60,441 nucleotides of DNA, taken from NCBI GenBank assembly GCA_947166445.1, contig CAMVED010000006.1, positions 1 to 60,441 of the forward strand, read 5' to 3'. The notes below the pieces were generated by a model. It was not told the origin of the DNA, did no database searches, and was given only the letters and a program-made list of their open reading frames with translations. This stretch comes from an uncultured Mycoplasmatota bacterium. GTDB lineage: Bacteria > Bacillota_I > Bacilli_A > RF39 > UBA660. The translations under genes and the position numbers were made by a program. Below are positions 38,728-48,708 of the stretch, one piece after another; the stretch's first letter is position 1, and every line of letters starts with the position of its first letter.

Positions 38728-39735
38728 ATGGCAAAAAAAGAAATTAAACAAGACAAAACGCTAGATCAAGTTCTAGCAGATATAGAAAAACAATTTGGTA
38801 AAGGTTCGATTATGAAACTTGGTGAAAATGCACATATGGAAATTGAAACGACATCAAGTGGATCGTTAGCACTTGACTTAGCTTTGGGAGTAAATGGTTT
38901 TCCAAAAGGAAGAATTATAGAAATATTTGGACCAGAATCAAGTGGTAAAACTACAGTTGCATTACATGCTATAGCAGAAGTGCAAAAAACTGGTGGACGT
39001 GCTGCATTTATAGATGCTGAACACGCATTAGATCCAGTCTATGCAAAAAGATTGGGAGTTAATATAGATGAACTTTTAATATCTCAACCAGATACAGGAG
39101 AACAAGCACTTGAAATATGTGAAGCTTTGGTTAGAAGCGAAGCTGTAGATATAGTTGTAATAGATTCAGTAGCAGCACTAGTACCAAAAGCAGAAATTGA
39201 AGGAGAAATGGGTGACTCTCACGTAGGACTTCAAGCAAGACTTATGTCTCAAGCACTTCGAAAACTATCAGGGACTGTTAATAAGACAAAAACTACTTGT
39301 ATATTTATTAACCAACTTCGTGAAAAAGTAGGAATTTTATTCGGCAACCCTGAAACTACCCCAGGAGGACGTGCACTTAAATTTTATTCAACTATTCGAT
39401 TAGATGTAAGACGTGGTGAACAATTAAAAACTAGTGATAGTGTAATAGGAAATAAAACAGTAATAAAAGTAGTTAAGAACAAAGTAGCACCTCCATTTAA
39501 AACAGCAGTTGTTGAAATAATGTATGGTCTTGGAATATCAAAAGAAAGTGAAATCATTGATCTAGCAGTAGAAGCAGGAATACTTGATAAAAGTGGTGCT
39601 TGGTATGCATACAATGGTGAAAAGATAGGACAAGGAAAAGAAAATGTTAAAGCACTTTTAAAAGAAAATAAAAAACTATGTGATGAGTTAGAAGCAAAAG
39701 TAAGAACTTATTATACTGATAAGAATAGGGACTAA
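38728..39735 (+). CDS. recA: Recombinase RecA
   Basis: [17 protein letters not shown] and GGRALKFYS motifs. Confidence 0.99.
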   Translation: MAKKEIKQDKTLDQVLADIEKQFGKGSIMKLGENAHMEIETTSSGSLALDLALGVNGFPKGRIIEIFGPESSGKTTVALHAIAEVQKTGGRAAFIDAEHALDPVYAKRLGVNIDELLISQPDTGEQALEICEALVRSEAVDIVVIDSVAALVPKAEIEGEMGDSHVGLQARLMSQALRKLSGTVNKTKTTCIFINQLREKVGILFGNPETTPGGRALKFYSTIRLDVRRGEQLKTSDSVIGNKTVIKVVKNKVAPPFKTAVVEIMYGLGISKESEIIDLAVEAGILDKSGAWYAYNGEKIGQGKENVKALLKENKKLCDELEAKVRTYYTDKNRD

Positions 39736-39781
39736 GGTTCCTTTTTCTATAATTAAAAAAGTCATTAAAAGGGGATTAGAA

Positions 39782-40621
39782 ATGAATAATAAACTTAAAA
39801 ATATATCAAATCTGTTCGAAGGAAAAGAAATAAGAAGCATTTGGGATAAAGAAAAAGAAGATTATTACTTTAGTGTAGTAGATGTAATTGCAGCACTGAC
39901 AGATAGTAAAATACCAAGAAGATATTGGACAGATTTAAAAAGAAAACTGATTAATGAAGGAAGTAAGTTGTACGAAAAAATCGTACAACTGAAAATCAAG
40001 TCTTCAAAAGATGGTAAAAGCTATTTAACTGATACACTAGATACTGAAGGTATCTTTAGACTAATTGAAAGTGTTCCATCACCTAAGGCTGAACCATTTA
40101 AATTATGGCTTGCTAAACTAGGTAGACAAGAAATAGATAATGCGTTTGATCCATCAAAAGGAATAGATAAAATGATAGATTATTATTTGAAAAAAGGATA
40201 TGATTTATCATGGATTGAAGCTAGAATAAAAGCAATCATAAATAGAAAAAAATTAACTGATGTATGGAATAAAAGTGACATAAAAGAAGAAAAAGAGTAT
40301 GCTATCTTAACAAATGAAATATATAAAGAGTGGTCAGGTATGACTGCCAAAGAATATAAAGAATTTAAAAACATTAGAAAAGAATCCCTAAGAGATAACA
40401 TGTCTGACATAGAAGTAGCTCTTACTGACTTAAGTGAAATAACAACAAGGGAACTTACAAAAGAACATAAACCTAAAGGATTGGAACAAAATAAAAAAAT
40501 AGCAAAACTAGGTGGAGAAGCGGCCAAAGTAGCAAGAAATAATATAGAAAAGAACTTAGGAAAAACGATAATTTCAAATGAAAACAATCTAAACTATGAA
40601 TATATAAAAAAATTAAAATAA
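39782..40621 (+). CDS. Bro-N / phage antirepressor-like DNA-binding protein
   Basis: FEGKEIRSIWD...YYFSVVDV, YW..LK, RLIESVPSPKAEPFKLWLA, YAILTNEI and SLRDNM motifs. Confidence 0.85.
   Translation: MNNKLKNISNLFEGKEIRSIWDKEKEDYYFSVVDVIAALTDSKIPRRYWTDLKRKLINEGSKLYEKIVQLKIKSSKDGKSYLTDTLDTEGIFRLIESVPSPKAEPFKLWLAKLGRQEIDNAFDPSKGIDKMIDYYLKKGYDLSWIEARIKAIINRKKLTDVWNKSDIKEEKEYAILTNEIYKEWSGMTAKEYKEFKNIRKESLRDNMSDIEVALTDLSEITTRELTKEHKPKGLEQNKKIAKLGGEAAKVARNNIEKNLGKTIISNENNLNYEYIKKLK
39966..39990. repeat. Perfect 10-bp inverted repeat inside the Bro-N gene
   Basis: AGTTGTACGA-AAAAA-TCGTACAACT. Confidence 0.9.
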
Positions 40622-40733
40622 TACATAGCATGTAGAAGCCTATTTAGGTTGACTTTTTTTTCGTTTAACTTTACAATAAAATTGTATCAAATAAATCTAT
40701 CTATTTGATATGAAGAAATAAATGGAGGTAAAT

Positions 40734-42287
40734 ATGAATAGTACAGTATTCTCCATTTTACTTGTCATAATTGGATTAGTTGTGGGATTGTTATTAACAT
40801 TCTTAATAAATCATTTTAGAGTTAATAACGCACAATCAAAAATAAAAAGTTTGAGTGAAAAAGCTCAAAAAGAAGCAGAAAAAGTAAAAAGAGATATGCT
40901 TTTTGAAGCAAAAGAAGAAGCTCACAAATTAAAAATGGATCTTGACAAAGAATTAAAAGAAAAAAAAGCTGAAATGAAAGAGTCTGAAAATCGTCTTATT
41001 CAAAGAGAACAAAACATGGATAAGAGGGACGAAAATTATCAAAAAAGAGAAAAATTTTTAGACGAACGTGAAGAAAAACTACAAGAAAAGATTAATAAAA
41101 TTCAAAATGATCAAGCTGAAATGGAAAAGTTAAAACAAGAACAAATTGAACTACTTTCTAAAATAAGCGGACTTGATAAACAAAAGGCTCATGACCTTAT
41201 TATGAAGAAAGTAGAAGAAGAGATGAACATTGAAATAGCAACTTATATTAAAGACAGAGAAGACGAAGCCAAATTAAGTATGGATAAAGAAGCAAAAGAA
41301 ATGCTTGTAAGTTGTATGCAAAGATTTTCATCTGAAGTAAGTAATGAACAAACAGTTTCCACTATCGAACTTCCTAATAATGAAATGAAAGGAAGAATAA
41401 TTGGTAGAGAAGGAAGAAACATAAGAACAATTGAAGCTATAACAGGAGTTGACTTAATAATAGATGATACTCCAGAAGCAATAGTTATTTCATCATTTGA
41501 TCCTTTAAGAAGAGAAATAGCAAAAATAACTATTGAAACATTAATAAAAGATGGAAGAATCCATCCAACTAGAATTGAAGAGGTTTATGATAAGACAGTT
41601 CGTGACATGAAAGATAAGATTATTGAAATAGGTAATAATGCATTATTTGAATTAGGACTTACTAAGGTAGATAATGAACTTATTGAAACAATAGGTAAAC
41701 TTCATTTTAGAACTAGTTATGGACAAAACGTTCTTACTCATTCAATAGAAGTAGCTCATTTAACAGGAGTTATGGCTGCAGAACTTGGAGAAAATGTAAT
41801 GCTTGCTAAAAGAGCAGGATTATTACATGACATAGGTAAAGCAATCGATCACGAAGTAGAAGGAAGCCATGTAGATATTGGTGTAGATATTGCTAAAAAA
41901 CATAAAGAACACGAAGTAGTAGTTAATTCGATAGCTTCACATCACGGTGATACTGAAGCTACAAGTATCATTGCTAATCTTGTTCAAATCGCGGATAGTT
42001 TGTCAGCATCAAGGCCTGGTGCTAGAAATGATTCATTAGAAAACTATATTAAAAGACTTGAACAATTAGAAAATATCTCTAAAGAGATAAAAGGTGTAGA
42101 TAAGAGTTATGCACTTCAAGCAGGTAGAGAACTTAGAGTTCTTGTAAAACCAGAAGAACTAAATGATATTGAAATAATAAAAACAGCAAGAGAGATAAAA
42201 GAAAAAATAGAAAAAGAAATGCAATATCCAGGAACTATAAAAGTAACTGTTGTTCGTGAAACAAGAGCCACAGAAGAAGCCAAATAG
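40734..42287 (+). CDS. rny: Ribonuclease Y
   Basis: TM + coiled coil; KH domain KGRIIGREGRNIR; HD domain LLHDIGK. Confidence 0.98.
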   Translation: MNSTVFSILLVIIGLVVGLLLTFLINHFRVNNAQSKIKSLSEKAQKEAEKVKRDMLFEAKEEAHKLKMDLDKELKEKKAEMKESENRLIQREQNMDKRDENYQKREKFLDEREEKLQEKINKIQNDQAEMEKLKQEQIELLSKISGLDKQKAHDLIMKKVEEEMNIEIATYIKDREDEAKLSMDKEAKEMLVSCMQRFSSEVSNEQTVSTIELPNNEMKGRIIGREGRNIRTIEAITGVDLIIDDTPEAIVISSFDPLRREIAKITIETLIKDGRIHPTRIEEVYDKTVRDMKDKIIEIGNNALFELGLTKVDNELIETIGKLHFRTSYGQNVLTHSIEVAHLTGVMAAELGENVMLAKRAGLLHDIGKAIDHEVEGSHVDIGVDIAKKHKEHEVVVNSIASHHGDTEATSIIANLVQIADSLSASRPGARNDSLENYIKRLEQLENISKEIKGVDKSYALQAGRELRVLVKPEELNDIEIIKTAREIKEKIEKEMQYPGTIKVTVVRETRATEEAK

Positions 42288-42314
42288 GCTTCTTTTTTTA
42301 TAAAAAAAAAGAAG

Positions 42315-43247
42315 CTATGCAGCTTCTTTGTAAATACTCTTATTATAATTATGTTTTTCAACATTAAGTTCTTTAAGTTTTTTATTATCTACGAGCATAA
42401 ATAATTTTTCTAATTTGTCTGAACCATCTTGAGTTATTGGATCATCCCAAGTTAAATCAAGATGTAACCATTTATTGTTAATTTTAACTAAATTCCAAAT
42501 ATGTGAGTCACTCACTATTTTGTAATTATCTATTCCTAATTTATTCAAAAATATTGCCATAGCATCAGCATAAGAACCACAAAGTCCATATCCATCAATC
42601 AAAATATTGTTAGCCTTGCTATAGGTTTTATCGCTATTGTTCTTTCTTATCTTATCTGTGGCATATTTACCATGATTAATAATATAATTGTGAATAGTTT
42701 CAATTTTTTGTTTGTTTGTCATACCTTTCTTTATTTGATTCTTAATGATAGATTCTACTTTTGCATTGATAGTATCGATATCGCTTTTAGTATATACTTT
42801 ACTAATCTTTATGTTTACTTCACCATGATCATCATAAGAAACACTGACATTTTCAAAAGAATTATAAGGATGAACAAAATTATTAACATGTGATAAGGTT
42901 TCTTTGTTATCTACTAATGCTATTACATCGTTAGTACAAGCTGTATATTTTTCATCACAGTAGAATGTAAATTCATCAGAGCCACTATTAATAATTGTAT
43001 AAAAAATATTTAATAAATGTTTTTTATCTTTTGCTATGAAATCATCAGTATTTTGAACATAACTATAATTTTTATCTTTGTAGTATTCATTCTTTTCAAT
43101 AGTAATGTTTTCTTTAACTTTTAGTATGTTTTCTCTATAATACATGTATATTTCATCGTGATAATTAACACCAATATAATAAAATATACCAACTATTATC
43201 CCACTTATAATAAAAGCAGTTAATGATATTTTTAACAGTCTTTTCAT
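42315..43247 (-). CDS. Membrane-anchored transglutaminase-like cysteine protein
   Basis: GLCGSYA, HIWNLV and HLDLTWDD give a complete Cys-His-Asp triad; N-terminal TM. Confidence 0.85.
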   Translation of the reverse strand: MKRLLKISLTAFIISGIIVGIFYYIGVNYHDEIYMYYRENILKVKENITIEKNEYYKDKNYSYVQNTDDFIAKDKKHLLNIFYTIINSGSDEFTFYCDEKYTACTNDVIALVDNKETLSHVNNFVHPYNSFENVSVSYDDHGEVNIKISKVYTKSDIDTINAKVESIIKNQIKKGMTNKQKIETIHNYIINHGKYATDKIRKNNSDKTYSKANNILIDGYGLCGSYADAMAIFLNKLGIDNYKIVSDSHIWNLVKINNKWLHLDLTWDDPITQDGSDKLEKLFMLVDNKKLKELNVEKHNYNKSIYKEAA

Positions 43248-43293
43248 TTAATCACCAGCTTTATTTTACCAAAAAAAAATAAAGTAATCAATA

Positions 43294-43557
43294 TTACTTT
43301 ATACTATTAACAGCCTTATTTAATTTTGACTTATCTCTAGCGGCTTTATTTTTATGAACTAAACCTTGTTTAACAGCTTTATCAATCTTTTTATTAGCGA
43401 TATTTAATTTTTCTTCTGCTAATTTTTTATCTGCATTTTTCGCAGCAATTTTTACATTTTTAATAGCAGTTCTCATACTAGCTACCTTTTCTCTATTTCT
43501 ATCTTTTTTTACAGCATCAGTTTTTACTCTTTTTTTAGCACTTTTAATATTTGGCAT
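43294..43557 (-). CDS. rpsT: 30S ribosomal protein S20
   Basis: MPNIKSAKKRVK...HKNKAARDKSKL. Confidence 0.98.
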   Translation of the reverse strand: MPNIKSAKKRVKTDAVKKDRNREKVASMRTAIKNVKIAAKNADKKLAEEKLNIANKKIDKAVKQGLVHKNKAARDKSKLNKAVNSIK

Positions 43558-43653
43558 TTTCTCACCTCACTTTTTATAACACTTTAAATTCTAACAAAAA
43601 AACCTTAAAAAATCAAATAAAATCGATAACTTTTGTTATTTTTTTATGTATTT

Positions 43654-43682
43654 GTATTAATTTTTCTTAAAAAACCACACTA
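43654..43682 (+). promoter_or_regulatory. SigmaF/G-like promoter of gpr
   Basis: GTATT-17-CACACTA. Confidence 0.6.
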
Positions 43683-43696
43683 TTAACGGTGATAAT

Positions 43697-44728
43697 ATGA
43701 AAGAAGTTGATTTAGCAAGATATCAAACAAGAACAGATTTAGTTGTTGATTTAATAGAAGAAAACTCACCTTTTGAAAAGAAAACAATAATAGATAATAT
43801 TATAATAAGTAATATAGAATTAGATGAAGAAAACTCCAAAGCTTTAAATAAATCTAAAGGACAATATACAACAATTCATTTTGATGATGTTACTGATACT
43901 ACCAATTATGAAAAAGTTCTTAAAATTATGACACAAGAACTATCAAAGATATTAGAAAATAGTAAAATAAAAGATAATTATTCATGCATGATAATTGGTC
44001 TTGGAAACGAAAAAAGCACTGCAGATGAGCTTGGAGTAACCTCAGCTAAAAAAGTAATTGTAACTAAACACATATATGATTTAACAGGTACTCTAGAAGA
44101 TGGATATAGAATTACAACTTGTTTAATTCCTGGAGTAATGGGCACTACTGGAATAGAAACAAGTGACATTATATCCTCTGTAGTAAAAAAAGTATCTCCA
44201 GACTTTATAATAACCATAGATGCTTTAGCTAGTGGTTCTATTGATAGATTATTAAAAACAATACAAATAACTAATACAGGTATAAATCCTGGAAGTGGTA
44301 TCGGTAACAATAGAAAAGAATTATCAGAAAGGATATTTGGAATACCTGTAATAGCTATAGGAGTACCAACAGTAGTAGAGGCCTCAACAATTGTCAATGA
44401 TACTTTGAACTATATGAAAAAACACTTCAGTTACAACATTAAAAATAAAGATAAAACAGCTGATAAATTAATTCCTTCGAATAGAATTAATTATTTGAAG
44501 AATAATCCTTATACATTGTCAAAAGAAGAATCATCTATCTTTTTAGGATTAATAGGTAATTTAACTGACATTGAAAAAAAACTATTAATTAGCAATGTAT
44601 TAACACCAATAGGCTATAATTTAGTAGTTACCCCAAAAGAAATAGATTTTGTAGTACAAAAGTTAACTGATTTAATTTCTTCAGCAATAAATAAAAGCAT
44701 TCATAATATATCGACAAAAAACATATAA
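43697..44728 (+). CDS. gpr: Germination protease GPR
   Basis: RTDL, GLGN...T.D.LG, PGVMGTTGIET, IDALA, GVPTVV and VTPKEID motifs; rpsT-gpr-spoIIP synteny. Confidence 0.96.
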   Translation: MKEVDLARYQTRTDLVVDLIEENSPFEKKTIIDNIIISNIELDEENSKALNKSKGQYTTIHFDDVTDTTNYEKVLKIMTQELSKILENSKIKDNYSCMIIGLGNEKSTADELGVTSAKKVIVTKHIYDLTGTLEDGYRITTCLIPGVMGTTGIETSDIISSVVKKVSPDFIITIDALASGSIDRLLKTIQITNTGINPGSGIGNNRKELSERIFGIPVIAIGVPTVVEASTIVNDTLNYMKKHFSYNIKNKDKTADKLIPSNRINYLKNNPYTLSKEESSIFLGLIGNLTDIEKKLLISNVLTPIGYNLVVTPKEIDFVVQKLTDLISSAINKSIHNISTKNI

Positions 44729-44759
44729 ACTTTATCTTATAATAATTTTGGTGATTAAC

Positions 44760-45602
44760 ATGAATAAAGTTAAAAATGGTTTTTGTCTTTTTTTATTTGC
44801 TTTAGCTTTTTTATATGCTAAAGATTTACCAAACAACATTAATATAACTGAATTTATATTAAAAGATAATAAAAAGATATCTATAATTGAAACCATTACT
44901 AATAAAAACTTTAATAATCCTGTTAGTTTTTTAGATCTCAAAAACAAAAACATTATTCAAAAAAAAGAAGATAATGAACATGTAAAAATAGATAAAGGAA
45001 TAAAACAAGAACCTATTGTATATATTTTTAATACACATCAAACAGAGGAATATGCAGAAAATGCCTATAATATTACTCCAACAGTAGTAACAGCTAGTAA
45101 TATACTAAGTGATGAGTTAAAAAACTTAGGTATATATTCTTTAGTGGAGACAAGAGATGTAATTAAAGAAGTTAACAAAAGGGGATACGATTATTCTGGT
45201 ACTTATACAGTTAGTTTTGAAAATCTAAAGTATAGAAAAAAACAAAACAGTTCATTAGAATACTTTTTTGATATGCATAGGGATTCAATAACAGGACCCG
45301 CTGCAAGGACAACGATAAAAGGAAAGAAATATGCAACACTTATGTTTCTTATAGGAGCTAACCACCAAGATTATCAAAAAAATTTAAAAAACGTAAAAAC
45401 AATGGAAAAATACTTAAAGAAAAACTATCCAAATTTAGTAAGAGAAACCTATATTCAAAGAAAATGGACTTATAATCAGTGGTATAGTCCTAAAATGTTT
45501 CTAGTAGAACTTGGGGGGCCTGATAACACTTTGGAAGAAATATATAACACCACTAAAGCTTTGGCAAAATCAATCAAATATTATGTGGAGGAAGACAAAT
45601 GA
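44760..45602 (+). CDS. spoIIP: Stage II sporulation protein P (short)
   Basis: VYIFNTHQTEEY, FDMHRDS, YNQ and LVELGGPDNTLEE motifs. Confidence 0.9.
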   Translation: MNKVKNGFCLFLFALAFLYAKDLPNNINITEFILKDNKKISIIETITNKNFNNPVSFLDLKNKNIIQKKEDNEHVKIDKGIKQEPIVYIFNTHQTEEYAENAYNITPTVVTASNILSDELKNLGIYSLVETRDVIKEVNKRGYDYSGTYTVSFENLKYRKKQNSSLEYFFDMHRDSITGPAARTTIKGKKYATLMFLIGANHQDYQKNLKNVKTMEKYLKKNYPNLVRETYIQRKWTYNQWYSPKMFLVELGGPDNTLEEIYNTTKALAKSIKYYVEEDK

Positions 45603-45916
45603 AAAAAATACCTTTAATATTTTTGTTATCACTTTTTACATTTTATATAGTTCTTTTGCTAGCACAGTCGCAAGGGTATTATAAAACAAGAAGTCAAAAA
45701 GCTAAAATATTGACAGATGAACAAATAATAAATTTCGAACAAGATGTACGTGATGGAAAAAGTATAGACGTAAAAAAGTATGTAATGTATGAAGATAAAG
45801 ATTATACTAACGATGTTAGTAATAATATATACAGAATATCTTTGAAATTTGAGAGGGTATTTGACAAAACAATAAGGCTTATTTTTAATAGTGCATCACA
45901 AGCTGTAAATGATTAA
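45599..45916 (+). CDS. Hypothetical protein in the YqxA position
   Basis: ATGA overlap with spoIIP; N-terminal TM. Confidence 0.65.
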   Translation: MKKIPLIFLLSLFTFYIVLLLAQSQGYYKTRSQKAKILTDEQIINFEQDVRDGKSIDVKKYVMYEDKDYTNDVSNNIYRISLKFERVFDKTIRLIFNSASQAVND

Positions 45917-45963
45917 TGCTTTAAAAAAAACGTAGTTTGTGTTATTATTTATTTGGTGGTACT

Positions 45964-47064
45964 ATGAGTAAAAAAGTATTAGAAAAAACTTGCATTATGC
46001 TAATAATAATAGTGTTTGTAATAATAGGATATTATACTTACAAAAGTTATGATAATAAGAGAAACATAGATGACAGTGATGTAGAAATAAACAATTTTTA
46101 TAATGTAGATTATCTTTTTAACAATAGTTACATAGATACTCCAAAAACAATAGAAGATTTCTCATCTGGAAACGAAACAATATATATGTATTTAGATGCA
46201 GAAAACGTAATGTATATAAAGTATTCTAATAACGAAAAATATAATAAAAAAATAATAGGCCTTCCTAAAGGAAAAATAAATGTTTATTACAATCATTTAT
46301 ACGATAACTATTATGAATTTTTAGCTAAAACTGAAGATAATAATGCTTATTACTTGTTTGTTAATTTGGATAGTACTAAAGATGAAAAATATATATTTAT
46401 TGGTGACAATATAGATAAAGTTTTTGCTCCTGTTTATGACAAAAACGGCGTTTATATAAATCAAAAAAATAAATTTGCTACAAATTATATACTATATGAC
46501 AGTGAAGCTAAATTAAACTACATAGATACAAGTTTAGACAAAAAATACGTTTTAAAATCAAATGTGGATACAAAAAAACCATATTTTGATTACATTTGTG
46601 CAAGTAATAATCCACATATATGTAATAAGTATATGATTTATATAACTTTCAATGATGAACTTGTTTATAATAAAAAATATTTAAAAGACAATAATAATCA
46701 AAATATATATGTAAAAGATGTCTTTTCTAGTTTCGAAGTGTCATCCAAAGCTGACATAAATATAGAAACATTAAACAAAGATAGCTTAAAAAAATATGAT
46801 TATAAGTTTAGTACCTATATCATTGATAACAATCAAATAGCATATCAATTTGATGTGTCAAATAAAGGTGAAAGAATAATTAGCTTAAATGATGCATCTA
46901 ATAAAGTAAAAGAATATGTTTTTGAATCTGATAAAAAACTAATTATTATTTTTGAGGATGGTTCTAATAAAACTATTAAAGCAGAAAAAAATAAGGTGCT
47001 GACAACATCGACTGTATATGATAGAAATCAAAACAGTGATAAGAAAGTAATAATCCAACCATAG
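45964..47064 (+). CDS. Hypothetical membrane-anchored Tyr/Asn-rich protein
   Basis: RBS GGTGGT; N-terminal TM; long ORF. Confidence 0.7.
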   Translation: MSKKVLEKTCIMLIIIVFVIIGYYTYKSYDNKRNIDDSDVEINNFYNVDYLFNNSYIDTPKTIEDFSSGNETIYMYLDAENVMYIKYSNNEKYNKKIIGLPKGKINVYYNHLYDNYYEFLAKTEDNNAYYLFVNLDSTKDEKYIFIGDNIDKVFAPVYDKNGVYINQKNKFATNYILYDSEAKLNYIDTSLDKKYVLKSNVDTKKPYFDYICASNNPHICNKYMIYITFNDELVYNKKYLKDNNNQNIYVKDVFSSFEVSSKADINIETLNKDSLKKYDYKFSTYIIDNNQIAYQFDVSNKGERIISLNDASNKVKEYVFESDKKLIIIFEDGSNKTIKAEKNKVLTTSTVYDRNQNSDKKVIIQP

Positions 47065-47135
47065 TGTTTTGTTTTTAACTTCTTGTTATTGTTATTTTCT
47101 TGTGATATAATGTATACATATAATAGAGGTGTATT

Positions 47136-47849
47136 ATGGGAGAGGATAGGCTTACTAGTAGACAATTTGTAGCTATAGCATTAATTATTATTTGTTGTGG
47201 TATTGCTATAATAGGACATGACTATTTTTTAGCAAAAAGATCTAAAGCATATGAAGACATGAGCATACTTTTGTCGCAAGAACCCGAAGCAGTTGAACCT
47301 GTTGCAAATGAGCCAAATACTAGTAGAATAATAACTAATTCAAATAATAGACAATCTAATCGCAGCAACCAAACAAGTAGGGCAAATCAGGCAAATGATC
47401 CTTCTGGTAGAGTTCAAAAAACAACATATACTTATAATTACATAGGAAGATTAAAAATCCCTTCAATAAATTTAAATCGAGGATTTGTAAAATATGGAAC
47501 AGCTGGCAATAATGTAAACCAAAATATAGCTATTATGAGTGGATCAAAGTACCCTGATGTTAAAAGTAGTAATTTTATTATTGCTGCTCATAATGGTTCT
47601 GGATGGAATGCCTATTTTACTAATATAGATAAGTTAAAAAAAGGCAGTGTGGCATATGTTACATATAAAGGCAAACAATATAGTTATATTTTAAAAAAAA
47701 TTTATAGCGATCCCAAAGGTGATGGTAAGGTAACTATTAAAAAAACAGATAATGAAAAGCATTTAACCCTAATAACATGTAAAAGGCCAGATTATAGAAA
47801 ATACTATTTAGTCCTTGTTTTTGACCTTTTAGAAGAAACTGATATATAA
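47136..47849 (+). CDS. Sortase
   Basis: IGRLKIPSINL, IAAHN (His), LTLITC (Cys) and a downstream Arg; N-terminal TM. Confidence 0.9.
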   Translation: MGEDRLTSRQFVAIALIIICCGIAIIGHDYFLAKRSKAYEDMSILLSQEPEAVEPVANEPNTSRIITNSNNRQSNRSNQTSRANQANDPSGRVQKTTYTYNYIGRLKIPSINLNRGFVKYGTAGNNVNQNIAIMSGSKYPDVKSSNFIIAAHNGSGWNAYFTNIDKLKKGSVAYVTYKGKQYSYILKKIYSDPKGDGKVTIKKTDNEKHLTLITCKRPDYRKYYLVLVFDLLEETDI

Positions 47850-47854
47850 AAGGA

Positions 47855-48640
47855 GTGATAAAAGTGGCAAATATTTCGTTTTTAGAGAGATTAAAGACAA
47901 TCATTAGTCTTATAAAATCACAATCATTTTTTGTGACACTTTTTATTATACTTTTACTTACAATTATTGTATTAGTAATTAATATAAAGGTAAAAAGCAA
48001 AGCTCCTAAATATGCAGCAGCTATTGCTTATACAGGACTTGCAATTTTAGTATTAGCTAGATATGGAAACTACATTTTATCTTTAAATGATGGTATTGTT
48101 GATAAGTTTTTTAGAGCAATGTATTTTCCTAATATAGTAGTTTATATTTCCATGCTTATCCTGACAATTCTATTTTTGATAGCAGTAATAATTAATGAGA
48201 AGTATTTGACATTTACTAAAATATGTAGTGTTTTCAGTTTTTTTGTAACATGGTTTTTGTTTGTTTTAACAGTGGATTCTGTAAAAACGGAAGGACTTAG
48301 TTTTTACGAAGTAACTGAAATTTATGCTAATGGTACAATTATGATTTTAATGCAGGCTAGTATGTGTGTGTTTGGACTTTGGTGTGGAGTATTACTAGCA
48401 GATTTAATAATAAGGAAATTATCAGATAAGATTGATAAAAAACAGCCCCAGTTAGCAAATGATAGCCATATACCTACAGATGAAGGTCAAAACATCTTCG
48501 GGACAGTTTTAAATAAAATAAAAAAGAATAAAGATGAAGAAGTTCGAGACTATACTAATCAAGAGTTTAATAATTACCTAAACAATAATACAACAAATAA
48601 TCAAGATCAAACAAACATTGACTTTACCAACAAACTGTAA
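47855..48640 (+). CDS. Hypothetical multi-pass membrane protein
   Basis: About 5 TMs and a polar C-tail; co-oriented with the sortase. Confidence 0.7.
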   Translation: MIKVANISFLERLKTIISLIKSQSFFVTLFIILLLTIIVLVINIKVKSKAPKYAAAIAYTGLAILVLARYGNYILSLNDGIVDKFFRAMYFPNIVVYISMLILTILFLIAVIINEKYLTFTKICSVFSFFVTWFLFVLTVDSVKTEGLSFYEVTEIYANGTIMILMQASMCVFGLWCGVLLADLIIRKLSDKIDKKQPQLANDSHIPTDEGQNIFGTVLNKIKKNKDEEVRDYTNQEFNNYLNNNTTNNQDQTNIDFTNKL

Positions 48641-48663
48641 ACAAGTTTACAGTTTTTCTTTTT
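48632..48663 (+). terminator. Intrinsic terminator
   Basis: AAACTGTAAAC-AA-GTTTACAGTTT plus T tract. Confidence 0.8.
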
Positions 48664-48708
48664 AATTTTACACATATTTGATATAATCAACATGATAGGA
48701 GTGATACA

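Noticed and set aside
42293-42312. Homopolymer A/T tracts as phase-variation sites (also 3091-3121, 36763-36772, 53271-53279)
   Set aside because: They are terminator tails or AT-rich spacers; no frameshifted gene is associated.
44709-44716. Spo0A-like box (ATCGACA) before spoIIP
   Set aside because: Mismatched single site inside the gpr coding end; likely chance.
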